A stretch of 64,000 bases of DNA. Source: Octopus sinensis. Lineage: Eukaryota. Location: the NCBI RefSeq assembly GCF_006345805.1, contig NC_043016.1:32674001-32738000 (forward strand), written 5' to 3'. The notes below the pieces were generated by a model, which worked only from the letters and a program-made list of their open reading frames with translations, made no database searches and had not been told where the DNA came from. Position 1 is the first letter of the stretch. Every line of letters begins with the position of its first letter. This document shows, in pieces, positions 1 through 10,049 of the stretch. The position numbers were made by a program, and so were the translations under genes.

Positions 1-1324
1 GGTTAGCCTCTACAGTTATTCAACCTGCTAGAAACAACAGTCAACTCTCTTCAAATAACATTCCACCATCTTGAAATAAGGAATGGAATGGACACATAGA
101 ATAACATAGCCTTATATATCCCTACAAAGATGGGATGGTCACATTTGGAATGCCTTTGATGTAATGCCTCCTACAAATGTGTACCCTAAGGTTCAAGAAT
201 TCAACAAAACTGACACTCCATCTGCTACAAGTGTTTCAGTTAATCTGATCAACAGATATGATTATACCTGTAAAGGGAACTGGTTGCTTCTTTACACTTT
301 TGGGGTGCAACTTGGGTGCAACACAATTTCCTTTCTTTTTGTTTATAGAAACTACCAGTCAGGAACGAAACGCAAGTTTAAAAATATATATAATTCTTTA
401 TTTTCTTTGGTTCAACAATGAAACACGATGATATGCTGATATCCACCTAGTTCAACGCAACAAGGCTGAATTCAAACGTTTGTAAGCTTTACAACAATTC
501 AGCAGCAGTAGAACAGGTTAAATCCTAAGCGTCTGGGACAGGAGAATAGGCTGATCACAGGTTTCAAAATATACGTCCTTTCTCTTCTATCGCCGTGTCT
601 CAAGTCCCCGATGCTATTAAGGAACGCTATGGAATTTATTCTTCAGTCTCTAGCGCATGTGCATGAGGGAACTTCCTTATGCCTTTCTAGAAGGTTCCAG
701 AAGGTTCCAACCCCGCACACGCACACTGAAGAAGGACGTTCCGCACAGGTACACTGAAGAATGACGTTGCGTGTGCGCACACTGGAACATGACGTCACTA
801 CAAAGGTGACATTCCACACATGCACACTGAAGAATGACGTTGCGTGTGCACACACTGGAATATGACGTCACTACATACCCTTAAATAAGTTCTCAGGGAG
901 ACTCAGCATGACACAGAATGTGAAAAGGTTGGCCCTTTTCAATTACAGGTACAACTCATTTTTGCCAGCTAAGTGGTCTGGAGCAACCAAAAATAAAGTG
1001 TCTTGCTCAAGGGCACAATTAGCCACTGGGAATCAAACTCATGAGCTTATGGTCTTGTGTTGAATACCCTAATCTAGTGTATTCTCACCCTTTTTATCCT
1101 TGTGTAACCCTTAAAATAAATTACATCTCTCAAGGAACCACTGCACAAAAAATTATATACAATATCTTTCTCATATTTTTCATCATAGTTCACATTGTAA
1201 ATATATATGTGTGTGTGTATAAATATATGTGTGTGTGTATATATATATAATAAAATATTAGGGAGTAAATCCAAACTTACAGGGAAAAATCAGATTTAGG
1301 ATTGAATCCAATTTTATAGTAAAA

Positions 1325-1607
1325 TATTATATTATATTAAATTAGAGATAAAACCACTATTAGGCAAATCATACAATGAAAAACTTAAGCCAATACATAA
1401 GATTAATTAATTTATATTATTTAAATATATATCAAAATTATTAAAAAAGATAATTAATATAACACTACAATCGTTTCATGGCTGTTCAATTCTTAAAATT
1501 TTCGAGTTACAGTCATTCTTCAGGTGGTTTAAATATTTAACTTGGCGAGGTTTAATCAATGTATGATTTGCCTAATAGTGGTTTTATCTCTAATTTAATA
1601 TAATATA
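1325..1607. repeat. Inner inverted repeat 1325-1378/1555-1607 enclosing a hammerhead
   Basis: TATTAAATTAGAGATAAAACCACTATTAGGCAAATCATACA is mirrored exactly. Confidence 0.9.
1461..1528 (-). ncRNA. Minimal type-I hammerhead ribozyme (duplicate 50840-50907)
   Basis: accac-CUGAAGA-augacugu...acagccau-GAAAC-gauu-GUA-guguu. Confidence 0.7.
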
Positions 1608-1876
1608 TATATATAATATATTTCTTATTTAAGGGTATGTAGTGATGTCATGTTCCAGTGTGCGCACACGCAATGTCATTCTTCAGTGTGCGTGTGCAGA
1701 ACGTCACCTTTGTAGTGACGTCATGTTCCAGTGTGCGCACACGCAACGTCATTCTTCAGTGTGCGTGTGCGCAACGTCCTTCTTCAGTGTGTGTGTGCGG
1801 GGTTGGAACCTTCTGGAAAGGCATAAGGAAGTTCCCTCATGCACATATAATAATATAATATATATATATATATAAC

Positions 1877-2815
1877 ATAAAAGCAACATCCGTTCGTGTC
1901 CATTGCCAGCCTCGCGTGGCCCCCGTGCCGGTGACACGTAAAAGCACCATCCGTTCGTGGCCGATTGCCAGCTCTGTCTGGCCCCCGTGTCGGTGGCACG
2001 TAAAAGCACCATCCGTTCGTGGCCGTTTGCCAGCTTTGTCTGGCCCACGTGTCGGTGGCACGTAAAAGCACCATCCGTTCGTGTCCATTGCCAGCCTCGC
2101 GTGGCCCCCGTGCCGGTGACACGTAAAAGCACCATCCGTTCGTGGCCGTTTGCCAGCTCTGTCTGGCCCCCGTGTCGGTGGCACGTAAAAGCACCATCCG
2201 TTCGTGTCCATTGCCAGCCTCGCCTGGACCCCGTGTCGGTGGCACGTAAAAGCACCATCCGTTCGTGGCAGTTTGCCAGCTCTGTCTGGCCCCCGTGTCG
2301 GTGGCACATAAAAGCACCATCCATTTGTGTCCTTTGCCAGCCTCGCCTGGCCCCCATGCCGGTGACACGTAAAAGCACCATCCGTTCGTGGAAGTTTGCC
2401 AGCTTTGTCTGGCCTACGTGTCGGTGGCACGTAAAAGCACCATCCGTTCGTGTCCATTGCCAGCCTCGCCTGGCCCCCATGCCAGTGACACGTAAAAGCA
2501 CCATCCGTTCGTGTCCATTGCCAGCCTCGCCTGGACCCCGTGCCAGTGACACGTAAAAGCACCATCCGTTCGTGGCAGTTTGCCAGCTCTGTCTGGCCCC
2601 CGTGTCGGTGGCACATAAAAGCACCATCCATTTGTATCCTTTGCCAGCCTCGCCTGGCCCCCATGCCGGTGACACGTAAAAGCACCATCCATTCGTGGCC
2701 GTTTGCCAGCTCTGTCTGGCCCCCGTGTCGGTGGCACGTAAAAGCACCATCCGTTCGTGTCCGTTGCCAGCCTCGCCTGGCCCCCATGCCGGTGACACAT
2801 AAAAGCACCATCCGT
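1877..2815 (+). repeat. Minisatellite, 15 full units of 61/62 bp (A/B variants), derived from the RTE 3' UTR repeat and followed by the RTE tail (2816-2937)
   Basis: Unit GTAAAAGCACCATCCGTTCGTGG/TCC...GGTGGCAC; homologous to 61995-62270. Confidence 0.95.
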
Positions 2816-2935
2816 AGAAACACTGCCAGATTCTGACTGGGCCTGACGAAGCCTTCCAGCTTCACAGACCCCAGTTGAACCGTCCAACCCATGCTAGCAT
2901 GGAAAGCGGACGCTAAATGATGATGATGATGATGA

Positions 2936-2968
<33 letters not shown>

Positions 2969-4019
2969 ATAGATAGATAGATAGATATACATACATACAT
3001 ACATATATATAATTATATATTATGAAATTAGCATTAGCTTATCTCACACTTTCTTGCGCAACCTCTAGAAACCTTGCAGAACCCTAGGGTCCTGGGGCAC
3101 CTGGTTGTAAAACGCTGCCACAAAATCGTTACCTATCCATATAACTGTTTCCATTAGAATGTCATTCAAACTTGAGCACATTTTACCCCAATTTATTCAG
3201 TTTTAGAACTTGTCTAAGTTCCCTGGACATTAGTGTGTGGAGTCCTAGGACTCCTCAGTCCAGTTAACTAGTTTCCATGGCATTTATGTGACCAAGAGCA
3301 AGGCTTTCCACATGAACAGGACATCAGTTCATTTTTAGAGTTTCTTATTTACAAATGAGTGATGTAGAGGAATGTAAAATGAAGTGTTTTGCTTAAGAAC
3401 ACAATGCTATTTCTTTACTACCCACAAGGGGCTAAACACAGAGGGGATTAAACAAACGGATTAAGTCGATTACATCGCCCCCAGTGTATAACTGGTACTT
3501 AATTTATCGACCCCGAAAGGATGAAAGGCAAAGTCGACCTTGGTGGAATTTGAACTCAGAACGTAACATAAGACGAAATACGGCTACGCATTTCACCCAG
3601 CGTGCTAACGATTCTGCCAGCTCGCTGCCTAAAGAGCTCAATGCATCACCCGGTCTGGGAATTGAAAATTCAGACCTTATGACCATGGGTCCAACACCAT
3701 ACCCACTAAACCACGCTCCTCCACTTTCATTATTGTGAAAGAGTTGTATTTACTCACCTTTGGCTTTCTTGGCAATGCATAAAATTTCATCATGTGGTGA
3801 GGCTCCAGCCAGGGAGTGCAAGATGATTTTTTTTTTTTTTGGTAGTGGTGGAGAGTATCAAATTATGCCCTACTCTCTCCTCCTTACTCACCTGGCTCTG
3901 CATTGGGGTACTTGTACTTGTGGAAAGTTTCGGTTATGGACCAAATAGCAGACATGGTCCAATGGGTATGGCATGCAAGACTCAGAAGAACTGAAAGAAG
4001 CCCATTCTGTATATCCGAG

Positions 4020-4345
4020 ACCCCCTTCTGTCACGACACAGACCATGGGATTGCACCTAGAAAGTTACCCTCCCAGGCACAAGTCCAGGTAAGGTTGTTT
4101 ATGGAAGACCAGCAGTCACCCACACATACCGGCCTCCCCTCTCCATGCCACCAGTGTTATCCAAGGGAAAGGCAAAGGAGCCGATACAGTTTGGCACCAG
4201 TGACATCGCAACTCATTTCTACAGCTGAGTAAACTGGAGCAACGTGAAATAAAGCGTCTTGCTCAAGAACACAACACGCAGCCTGGTCCGGGATTCGAGC
4301 TCACAACCTCACGATCATAAGCTTGACACTCTAACCACTGAGCCT
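4020..4345 (-). mobile_element. SINE family D; related copy 20655-20900(+), duplicate ~53398-53723
   Basis: Shared CTCAGCTGTAGAAATGAGTTG...CTAGGTGCAATCCCATGGTC body. Confidence 0.75.
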
Positions 4346-4362
4346 TCACCTATTCTATATAT

Positions 4363-4412
<50 letters not shown>

Positions 4413-5769
4413 AAATGTGACTGTGTGGTAAGAAGCTTCCCAACCACATGGTTCTGGATTCAGTTCTATTGTGTGGCATCTTCGGCAAGTGTCTTCTTCC
4501 ACAGCCTCAGGCTGACCAAAGCCTTGTGAGTGCATTTAGTAGATGGAAACTGAAAGCCCATCATATACATGTATATATTTATAGGTGTGTGTCTTTGTGT
4601 CTGTGTTTGTCCCACCAACCATTGCTTGACAACCAGTGCTGGTGTGTTTACGTCCCCGCAACTTAGCAGTTTGTCAAAAGTAACCGATAGAATAAGTACT
4701 AGGCTTACAAAGAATAAATGCTGGGGTCGATTTTTTTTTTACTAAAACCATTTACGGTAGTGCTCCAGCATGGCCACAAAATCAAATGTTTGAATCAAGT
4801 AAAAGAATATATATATACATGGGCGTGTGTGTGTTGCGTCTGTGTTTGTTCACCACCACAACCACCACCAGTATTGGTGTGTTTATGTCCTCTATAACTT
4901 AGCGGTTCGGCAAAAGACACCCATAGAATAAGTAGCAGGCTTAGAAAAAAAGTACTGGGGTCGATTCACCCAACTATAAATTCTTCAAGGCGGTGCCCCA
5001 GCATGGCCGCAGTCTAATGATTGCAAAAACAAGTAAAAAGTAAAAGAGTAAATTATAGAAGACCTCTGTCTCTTTTTTTAATTTTTTTATTACGAAGGTT
5101 GGAGCTTTATGTAGTTGGACCTTAATTGTTGATTACAATTTAAAATAAATTCAATATACCGAAATTGATAAACCAAAATTTAAGGACTAATTGAAAGCAT
5201 TAAAGGAAGATGAGTAAAAATGAAGGGGTATTGACCAAAAAAAAAATGAAAACTCAAAAAAAGACATTTAGAATTATCTCCCTTACTCAAAAAGATGGAA
5301 GCTTTTTTTTTTTATTACGTATATAGTTAATCAACCTGTTAAAAATAGCAGCTAAGTCTCTCTTAAAATTCATATATTAAAAAACAATTGTAGAATAGAT
5401 ACGTTGTGAATGTGTGTACCTTATATAAAGTAGACTGGGAATTTAGGGTAAGGGGCAGCACATACACAAGCACATATATTAATCCTTATTATTGACAGTA
5501 TCGTTAGCACACGGGGTAAAATGTTTAGTGGCATTTCCTCATTCTTCCCATTTTGAGTTCAAATTCCACTGAGGTAGACTTTACCTATCATCCTTTCTGG
5601 GTTGATAAAATAAAAACTAGTTAAACACTGGGGTCGATTTAATTCACTTAATTCCTCCCTCGAAATTGTTGGCCTAGCACCAAAATTTGAAATCATTATC
5701 ATCGTTATTATTTTGGTTAGTCTCAGGTTTGGTTTTATTACTGGCAAGAATTATGTGGGAAGTGGATTA

Positions 5770-5935
5770 CTACCGGTAACTTTGGGTATCCACAAGATCT
5801 CAGTTGCCTTTCAAGTGTTTAGAATCCTGATAATCCTTGCTGTCCATAAGAGACAAACTTTCTGTAGGAGTTCTACCAGGCATTCTATTTCAATCTCCTT
5901 CAGCCATTTGTCTATGAGGTTGTATGGTGGATAAG
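5770..5935 (-). mobile_element. Old non-LTR retrotransposon C-terminal remnant (R4/Dong-like); duplicated at ~55150-55315
   Basis: Minus frame IDKWLKEIEIECLVELLQKVCLLWTARIIRIL resembles the LQK..LLGTARILR terminus. Confidence 0.5.
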
Positions 5936-8496
5936 GCTGAAATAAATGAATACAGATACATTCCTCTTTTGGTGGAACTCTCATTGACTGAGAGTGGAGA
6001 GGGAAGTGCTGTCCTCGAGTGAGTTTATTGAAAGGTGAGTGAAAGATGCGAAAATTGCGAGAGTGGATGGTACCTCTCTAAGTGTAGACCTGTGAGTCGG
6101 AGAGAAGGAATTGGAGAGGGCACTTGCTCTTGGTATTTCAGGGAAACCTCGGACAGTAGGGTTCCTTGATTATCCCTCGAGGCCTTACTGTATCAGGAGG
6201 GCCACATCGCTACCATCTTCCCTGCTACTTCTTTTTATAAAGCTTTGTATGCTAAGCATATGTTCCTTCTTTTTCAGTGTATACTTAATTTCTTTCTTTC
6301 CCTTTTTTAATCATTTCATTATATGTAAACCCCAACACTTTATGTCTGTCTTTGTATTGTCCCCTCATCCTTCACCCTTGTGGCAAATAAATGAAATCAT
6401 TATTATTATCATCATTACTATTAAAATGATGAGCTGGAAGAATTGTTAGCACACCAGGTGAAATGCTTAGTGATATTTCATCTGATATTTCTGGGTTCAA
6501 ATTCCACCGAGGCAACTTGCCTTTCAACCTTTCAGGGTCGATAAAATAAGTATCTGTTGTGCACTGGGGTTGATGCAATCAATTTATTATTATTGAGTGA
6601 GAGAGCAGTGCATGCCATTAAAGTGACATTGGGATACAATTATACAAAGCCCAATATACCCATCATGATCACTCGTCTGATAAGGACACACCAGGCACAT
6701 GCATCACAACCATATGTGCGCGACATGGTGATCTCATATCACGCTAAACAGCACATGACCTTGCAGATGGGGCCCAGTTAGAATTTTCTTCTGGTCGAGT
6801 AACCCATCCCATTCAAAAGGTCCCTGAATAAGGGTTGTTTGAATGAACCACCCATGTTTCCAGACATGAATTATTCAAATCCCAAAGAATTCCTCTCAAC
6901 ACATGGCTATGGTGCTCTCCTACTGCTTCCACTCATGATTAGAGATGCACATATCATCAGCCAGCAAGGAACATGCTCGACTAGTTAACTGTGGTATTGA
7001 GCAGAATATTTGCTGTAGCCCATCTTTTAAACTAAGAGAAAACAATGTACATGATAACACCTCCAATCAGTTAAGAACATTATTATTATTATTAAATATA
7101 ATGGAAACTTAAAAAATGGTGATCATGCTCTACTTGCAATGCATGAGTGTATCAAATAAGATGATGGTAAAGACGAAGTAAGAATTGGATCAAAAGTGAC
7201 AGAGTAACAAAAGTAATAGAAATTTTTAAAATAAGCACAGGAGTGACTGTGAGGTAAGAAGCTTGCTTCCTAATCATATAGTTCTGGGTTCTATCCTACT
7301 ACATAGCAGCAACTTGGGCAAGTGTCTTCTACTATAGCTTCCGGCCAACTAAAGCTTTGTGAGTGGATTTTGTAGACAGAAACTGAAAGAAGTCCATTGT
7401 ATATATATGTATATATATATATGTATATATATCTGTGTGTGTGTCAAAAAAAAAACCATCAACAAGTACTCACAACCAATTCAATATCATGGTTACTACA
7501 TCATTAGTTCAAAAATTCTTTAAACTCCTTGAAAAGGATTTTCTTTTAAATGGTGTATAAGCAAAAATCTCCAACAAATATAATATTCAATTATCACACT
7601 CAACTACTCTAAACTTTGACTAAAATTTAGCCTTTTAAAATTGGTAAGCAGAAAAAAAAATCAACAACAAACAACATGTCAACCTTTTGTAACTGTACTA
7701 ATGCCAATCTCCTACCCTCTGGACTAAAACTACATGGTTAAATGTGTTGTGTACCAATGTACAGAGATCATTATCCACAAATCTAAAGGTCTATGTTGTT
7801 ATAGTTTCAAACCCTTTTAAATCTAGATTTAATTTCCACATGCATTCCTTTAGAAAACTAAATAAACAGCTATACTTTCTAGAGCAAAAGCCATATCCTT
7901 AGAGAAAAATAAATTGTGTAGTTTTTGTACCATGCAGAGTATTCATATACTGTCTGCAAAAAAAGTTTCTTTACTCACTAGCATTCCAAAAGAATTTCAT
8001 CTCACATTCATGGACATTTCAGATCGTACAAATATCTTCAGTTAGTTGGTTTCTCACACCATTCCTCAACATTCAAATGACGGAGTGTATTTTTTCTCCT
8101 CAGTTCCCTTCTGTAGTCTTTCTTAACTACTTAACTATTCAGCCTCTCCAATCTTTATGTGTGTGTGCATGCATGTGAGCATGTATATATATATATAGAA
8201 CAATGAAAGCACTTACACACAATACATTAAAGTTTATTCTAAAAGGGTTATGCCATTGCTTTTAAAAAAAAAATGTTTTTTAATCTTTCTTTAAACACTG
8301 AGACAGTATCAAGTAATGTTCGCAAAAACTTTTAAATATATATCCATGTGTGCATGTGTATGCAGTGTGTGTATGTATGCATGCATGCATGGATGTGTGC
8401 AGTGTGTGTGCATGTGTTTGAATGCACGTGCATGTAATATGTGCATGTGTGTTTGCATGTACATTTGTATGTACATAAATTACACTTCATATTCAA

Positions 8497-8577
8497 GGCT
8501 CTGATGAAGCTATAAGGTTTTACTCAGGCACCCACCTATGTGCCCACTGCATCTTAGAGCAGAAACAGCTGTAAGCC
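8497..8577 (+). ncRNA. Minimal type-I hammerhead ribozyme (duplicate 57874-57954)
   Basis: ggcu-CUGAUGA-a-gcuauaag...cuuagagc-a-GAAAC-agcu-GUA-agcc; A.A mismatch at the base of stem II. Confidence 0.7.
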
Positions 8578-9295
8578 AATGAAGTTCATAAAACAATCAT
8601 TTATTCCTTACGCACACATTGCATGTACGGCTTTCACATTAATCATAGTTATGTCCCTTCAATGTCATTTTTCACCTGTTCCAGCGTGAGTGTTACCTCC
8701 AATGATCTTAATTAACTTTGTTATGATATTATCTCACACCAACTGTTACCCTAACCAGCCTGATCCATTTCATCTATCTTTACAATCTGTACAACAACAG
8801 TTTTACAGCACAATTATTGTAATCCTGTCCTGTCATTGAGTTTCTTGGAATTTGTTTTATTTTCTTGTTTGTTTATGTATGTGTTGTTTGTTCGCACTTG
8901 TGTTGTGGTTTTCTTTTTTCTGCTTTCGTAGCTGTGTTTGTCATATAAACACAGTTCTACTAATACTCACGTTTCACCTATACCTTGATCTAGTTAGATA
9001 CCCCAAGGAGCAGTAAAAGAAACATGGTGGTAGTTAGGTTGAGATGATCTGTGTTTCTTTCTATTACTTTAAATAAAACAAAGAATTTGGTAAAATAACT
9101 TAGTTATCATTCAGCTAGTGTTAGGAACATAAACTATGATTAAAGTTTGGTGGAAGATTTTAATTCAAAACTTATGAAAACAAGACATTTGTACTCAGAG
9201 CCAGAGCTGGTTTCAGCTGGGTTGGTAATGAAAGGTTTAAGGCATGGTAACTTTTAAGTGTTACAAATACAACACAATTGAATTGTTAATTTGTT

Positions 9296-9395
9296 NNNNN
9301 NNNNNNNNNNNNNNNNNNNNNNNNNNNNNNNNNNNNNNNNNNNNNNNNNNNNNNNNNNNNNNNNNNNNNNNNNNNNNNNNNNNNNNNNNNNNNNN
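9296..9395. other. Assembly gap (100 N)
   Basis: Run of exactly 100 N, a fixed-size scaffolding gap. Confidence 0.99.
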
Positions 9396-9715
9396 GGACA
9401 AGATACTGTGATAGCCTGGGCTTCAGAGGCCCACAGCTCTTCAATATCTTCCCGAAGAACCTGAGGGACCTGCATGGGGTGGATGAAGATGTCTTTAAAA
9501 TAAAACTGGATCTCTTCCTGTCAGGTGTCCCAGATGAACCAACTTCACGGCTGGAGGTGCAGATGAGGGCAGCTGCATCGAACTCTCTCATGCACCAAAT
9601 GGCAATTGCTAAAAAGTATTCATGAAGTAAAATCATGTAGCCACAACAAATGGCGGTGCCCCAGCATGGCCACAGCTCTTGAGCTGAAACTAGACAAAAT
9701 AAAATAAAATAAAAT
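9396..9715 (+). mobile_element. 3' end of a CR1-group non-LTR retrotransposon
   Basis: Frame TRYCDSLGFRGPQLFNIFPKNLRDLHGVDEDVFKIKLDLFLSGVPDEP...AASNSL...*, then 3' UTR and (AAAAT)n tail. Confidence 0.75.
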
Positions 9716-9781
9716 ATTTATATATATATATATATATGAATTAAAAAAATGGAGTTAACGCAGGTGTAATTAAATATTTTT

Positions 9782-9867
9782 ACTTTCGACACATGTTTCG
9801 AAAATTCCACTGATACTATTTAAAAGAATAAATGGTATAAACAATGCAATCTTCTCCTCAGGAAAGT
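9782..9867 (-). ncRNA. Minimal type-I hammerhead ribozyme, fully canonical
   Basis: acuuuc-CUGAGGA-gaagauu...aauuuuc-GAAAC-augu-GUC-gaaagu (6-bp stem I, G-C closing stem II, GUC site). Confidence 0.8.
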
Positions 9868-10049
9868 GAAAAAATCGGAACTCGTCAATAAGACATTTTA
9901 GCAAAAAATGATGGATTTGTATAGCGATAGACAGAACGCTATTAATATTGTTTAAAAAAACGTTATATGATATAACGTCATAAGTAGCTAACAGAAACAG
10001 TAGGGATATTAATAGTGAATGTTAAATATAATGGAAATTAAAGTTTAAA

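Larger units (their letters stand above)
657..1846. repeat. Inverted repeat pair 657-889/1624-1846 with internal ~80-bp tandem units (duplicate 50036-51225)
   Basis: Arms are reverse complements and contain perfect TGACGTCA at 790, 863 and 1716. Confidence 0.9.
1..9295. repeat. Copy 1 of a >=9.3-kb near-identical direct duplication (partner 49380-58672)
   Basis: Base-for-base match with offset 49379-49377; the ORF track repeats identically; the copy ends at the N gap. Confidence 0.98.

Noticed and set aside
1877-2815. CRISPR-like appearance of the regular repeat
   Set aside because: Units are contiguous with no unique spacers, no cas genes are present, the context is eukaryotic, and the unit derives from a LINE 3' UTR.
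1749-3000. Long overlapping ORFs (349-416 aa) on both strands, also at 51128-52378
   Set aside because: They are by-products of the stop-poor 61/62-bp minisatellite, with repeated peptides in several frames and no splice or codon support.
7979-8035. Possible small exon (aag...gtgagt) as Jagged EGF1 exon 5
   Set aside because: It has an in-frame stop and no AIC..GC..HG.C motif. I found no exon 5, DSL or C2 exon anywhere in 44895-64000, so these presumably lie beyond the window.
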